From: Clostridia bacterium | Lineage (GTDB): Bacteria; Bacillota; Clostridia; Christensenellales; Aristaeellaceae | Length of the DNA: 55,944 nucleotides | Direction: 5' to 3' | Assembly (NCBI GenBank): GCA_016296675.1 | Contig: JAEDIV010000001.1 | Span: forward strand, 1 to 55,944 | In this document: positions 53,214 to 55,944 of the stretch, one piece after another | How positions within the stretch are numbered: position 1 is the first letter of the stretch | Layout: each line of letters starts with the position of its first letter | Position numbers and translations under genes: made by a program | Notes under the pieces: generated by a model | Database searches by the model: none | Seen by the model: only the letters and a program-made list of their open reading frames with translations | Told to the model about the DNA's origin: nothing

Positions 53214-55757
53214 TTATTCGATTCCGGTCACTTCGTATCCCGCGTCGATAACGGCCTGCTTAAGCGCGTCGACGGTAACGTTTCCGGTGATCTCAATTTT
53301 TGCCTGACCTTTTTCAAGATCAACCTCGGCATTTACGCCTTCAAATGCGTTTAACACCTTGGTCACTCTTGCGTGGCAATGCATGCACATCATGCCTTCG
53401 ATTTTCATGGTAATCATCTGTTTTTCCTCCTCTATTATGTTTTCTCTCTTATCTTCCTGAACTGCTTCTATCTGCATCGGGCAAACCGATGTTTCTGCTT
53501 TGATCGGCATAAATTTTCTGAGTCTCAGCGCATTGGTCACAACGAAAAGGCTGGAAATACTCATTGCGCCCGCCGCGATCATGGGACTTAATGTGATTCC
53601 GAAAAGCGGATACAGCACGCCCGCCGCAATCGGAATACCAAGGACATTATAGAAAAACGCCCAGAAAAGATTCTGCTTGATGGCTTTCATAACGGCTTTG
53701 CTAAGGCGTATGGCGTTGGCCACGTCCACCGGATCGCTCTTCATCAAAATCAGATCCGCGCTTTCAATCGCGACGTCCGTACCCGCGCCGATGGCAATTC
53801 CCACATCTGCCGTTTTAAGCGCAGGCGCATCGTTCACGCCGTCGCCGACCATGGCGACAAACCTGCCCTTCGATTTAAGGCTTGCAACTTCATTGGCTTT
53901 TTCGCCGGGAAGAACGCCCGACAGCACCTTTGTTACGCCGATGTTCTCAGCAACCGCCTGCGCGGTTTTTTCGTTGTCGCCCGTCAGCATCACTACTTCA
54001 ACGCCGATGTCATTCAGCGCCTGAACCGCCTGCGCCGACGTGGGCTTCACTTCATCCGAAACGCCGATAATGCCAAGAATTCCGTTATCATCCGAAAATA
54101 CCATCGGCGTCTGGCCCCTTTGAGTCATTTCGTCCGCCGTCTTTTGCACCTCCGGCGATATTTTCCCAATCTCCCTCATCCACGAAACGCTGCCGCCGAA
54201 GATGGTTCTCCCATTCACATCGGCTTTTACGCCGCGCCCCGGAATCGCTTCAAAATCCTTTGCCGTCAGAGTTTGTGCGCCTTTCGCCTTTGCATACTCC
54301 ATAACCGCCTGAGCAAGCGGATGCTCGCTCGCTCGCTCAACCGCCGCGGCAAGGGAAACCAGCTCATCCGAGCCGCTGTCGTACGCAGTCACCTCTGTAA
54401 CCACAGGCTTTCCAAGGGTGAGCGTTCCGGTTTTGTCCATCACGACGCAGTTGACCTTGTGCGCGCTTTCAAGCGCCTCGCCGGATTTGATCAAAATGCC
54501 GCTTCCCGCGCCCTTGCCCATGCCGACCATAATGGCAACCGGCGTCGCCAGTCCCAGCGCGCAGGGGCACGAAATGACCAATACCGAAATCGCGCGGGAC
54601 AGCGCAAATTCAAACGAAGCGCCGTACACCATCCACAAAACAAACGTAACTGCCGAAATCATCATTACCACCGGCACAAATACGCCGGCGATTTTGTCCG
54701 CCAGCCGCGCAATCGGCGCCTTGGCCGCGCTTGCGTCCTCGACCATGCGGATGATCTTGGAAAACGCGGTCTCTTCACCCGCGTGCGTCACCTTCATTTT
54801 GAAAAAGCGCGTAAGGTTCACAGTCGCTCCCGTTACCTTATCGCCGACGCTCTTGTCCACCGGCATGCTCTCGCCGGTGATCGCGCTTTCATCAACGCTT
54901 GCGTCCCCTTCAACGATCACGCCGTCTGCAGGGATACGCGTTCCCGGCTTTACATGAAGGATATCGCCGACCTGAATATCGGCTGCCGCAATTTCAACCA
55001 CGCCGTCATTTTCCTCACGGATCGCCGTTTCCGGCTGAAGATCCATAAGCCTCTCAAGCGCTTCGCCCGTCTTTCCCTTGCTCTTGGCCTCCATGTATTT
55101 CCCAAGGTTGATGAGCGCCAATATCATGACCGCCGATTCAAAATACAGATCGTGCGCATATTCATGAACAATCTCCATCTGCCCGGAAGCGAATCCATAG
55201 TTGATCCTGAACATCGCAAACACGCCGTAAATAAGGCTTGCCATGCTGCCGACGGCGATCAGGGAATCCATATTGGGCGAACGCCTGAAAAGCGCTTTGA
55301 ATCCGCGCTCATAATATGCCCGGTTCAGATACGCAACCGGCAGGCACAATACAAGCTGAATCAGCGCGAAGTTCGCGCTCATTTCCATTCCCGACAAAAA
55401 CGCCGGAAGCGGCAGGCCCACCATGCTGCCCATCGAAACATACATCAAAGGAATCATGAAAACAAACGAAAGAATCGTCCGGATTTTCATCGATTTGACT
55501 TCCTTTTCGCGCGCATCTGACGCATTTTCCTTTTTACGGCTATCTTCCTTGCCCTTCTCCTGCGCGCCGTAGCCTGCATCAGTCACAGCCTTTACGACCG
55601 CGTCCGCCGTAACGCTTTCATTCATTTCAACCTTCATTTTGCCGGCCAGGAGATTGACATCGCACTTCAAAACACCGTCAATCGCCTTAACCGCCTTTTC
55701 CACGCGCGCGGAACACGCAGCGCACGTCATGCCCGTTACAATAAAATCCTTTTTCAT
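53214..55757 (-). CDS. copA: copper-translocating P1B-type ATPase with N- and C-terminal HMA domains
   Basis: Start ATG 55757 (ATGA overlap with the csoR stop). N-terminal HMA GMTCAACSARV, then CPCALGLATP, DKTGTLT and GDGVNDAP. A C-terminal HMA is also present (KIEGMMCMHCHARV, about nt 53217-53417). Confidence 0.95.
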   Translation of the reverse strand: MKKDFIVTGMTCAACSARVEKAVKAIDGVLKCDVNLLAGKMKVEMNESVTADAVVKAVTDAGYGAQEKGKEDSRKKENASDAREKEVKSMKIRTILSFVFMIPLMYVSMGSMVGLPLPAFLSGMEMSANFALIQLVLCLPVAYLNRAYYERGFKALFRRSPNMDSLIAVGSMASLIYGVFAMFRINYGFASGQMEIVHEYAHDLYFESAVMILALINLGKYMEAKSKGKTGEALERLMDLQPETAIREENDGVVEIAAADIQVGDILHVKPGTRIPADGVIVEGDASVDESAITGESMPVDKSVGDKVTGATVNLTRFFKMKVTHAGEETAFSKIIRMVEDASAAKAPIARLADKIAGVFVPVVMMISAVTFVLWMVYGASFEFALSRAISVLVISCPCALGLATPVAIMVGMGKGAGSGILIKSGEALESAHKVNCVVMDKTGTLTLGKPVVTEVTAYDSGSDELVSLAAAVERASEHPLAQAVMEYAKAKGAQTLTAKDFEAIPGRGVKADVNGRTIFGGSVSWMREIGKISPEVQKTADEMTQRGQTPMVFSDDNGILGIIGVSDEVKPTSAQAVQALNDIGVEVVMLTGDNEKTAQAVAENIGVTKVLSGVLPGEKANEVASLKSKGRFVAMVGDGVNDAPALKTADVGIAIGAGTDVAIESADLILMKSDPVDVANAIRLSKAVMKAIKQNLFWAFFYNVLGIPIAAGVLYPLFGITLSPMIAAGAMSISSLFVVTNALRLRKFMPIKAETSVCPMQIEAVQEDKRENIIEEEKQMITMKIEGMMCMHCHARVTKVLNAFEGVNAEVDLEKGQAKIEITGNVTVDALKQAVIDAGYEVTGIE

Positions 55758-55944
55758 CTCGATAACCTCGTCAAAACCTGTACCATTTCTTCGATCTTCC
55801 GGTCCTTTTCTTCTTCGGTTTCTGCATTCTTCACGCAGCTTTTCATGTGCGCAGAAAGCACTTCCATATTCGCCTTGCGAATCAGCGCTTCGGTAGCCAG
55901 AAGCTGATTGGAAACTTCCACACAATAGCGATCCTCTTCGACCA
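55754..55944 (-). CDS. csoR: CsoR-family metal-sensing repressor (5' end outside the window)
   Basis: Partial ORF ...VEEDRYCVEVSNQLLATEALIRKANMEVLSAHMKSCV...; the RYC...H...C pattern is typical of CsoR/DUF156. Confidence 0.8.
   Translation of the reverse strand, partial: VEEDRYCVEVSNQLLATEALIRKANMEVLSAHMKSCVKNAETEEEKDRKIEEMVQVLTRLSR

Noticed and set aside
54120-55520. 466-aa plus-strand ORF antisense to copA
   Set aside because: Arg/His/Asn-rich low-complexity translation with no recognisable motif, lying entirely inside a strongly supported P-type ATPase gene. This is a typical stop-poor antisense frame of a GC-rich, codon-biased gene.

Overview
55.9-kb chromosomal window that looks like a spore-forming Clostridia-class Firmicute. 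That assignment is an inference from a pro-sigma-K gene, RNase J, a YlbF-like gene and Gram-positive Shine-Dalgarno (SD) sites. Coding regions are moderately GC-rich with AT-rich intergenic gaps; composition was not computed. I call 46 intact protein-coding genes (one truncated by the window edge), one speculative 48-aa small ORF, one doubly frameshifted pseudogene and one T-box leader. I saw no rRNA, tRNA or CRISPR. Left to right: (1) a DUF4004 MerR-like regulator plus a bactofilin-like repeat protein, a GNAT::threonine-aldolase fusion, and a LysR regulator. (2) A T-box-controlled ABC importer, an ECF sigma/anti-sigma pair, and a flavodoxin-like pseudogene. (3) An RpiB-like isomerase plus a GH78 rhamnosidase, then a 770-bp AT-rich gap holding orphan promoter/terminator units. 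(4) surE, tadA, rnj, a ylbF-like gene, mltG and sigK, then an NlpC/P60 peptidase. (5) A prfC-typA-recF operon. (6) A 10-gene Mrp/Mbh-type antiporter operon in the order E-F-G-B'-B-C-D-D-D-L-like. (7) HD, ThuA and Gfo/Idh/MocA genes. (8) A SecB-like chaperone plus a UMF1-type MFS transporter. (9) HtrA, and a phosphodiesterase plus MMPL transporter, bracketed by two inverted ~190-bp MITE-like elements. (10) An orphan phage terS-terL-portal module, then gdhA and copA-csoR. I found no canonical defence system. The most unusual items are the SecB-like/MFS pair, the non-canonical Mrp operon, the MITE-bracketed 4.5-kb segment next to the phage packaging remnant, and several structured intergenic repeat modules. 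All family calls come from motif recognition by eye; no database search or folding program was run.
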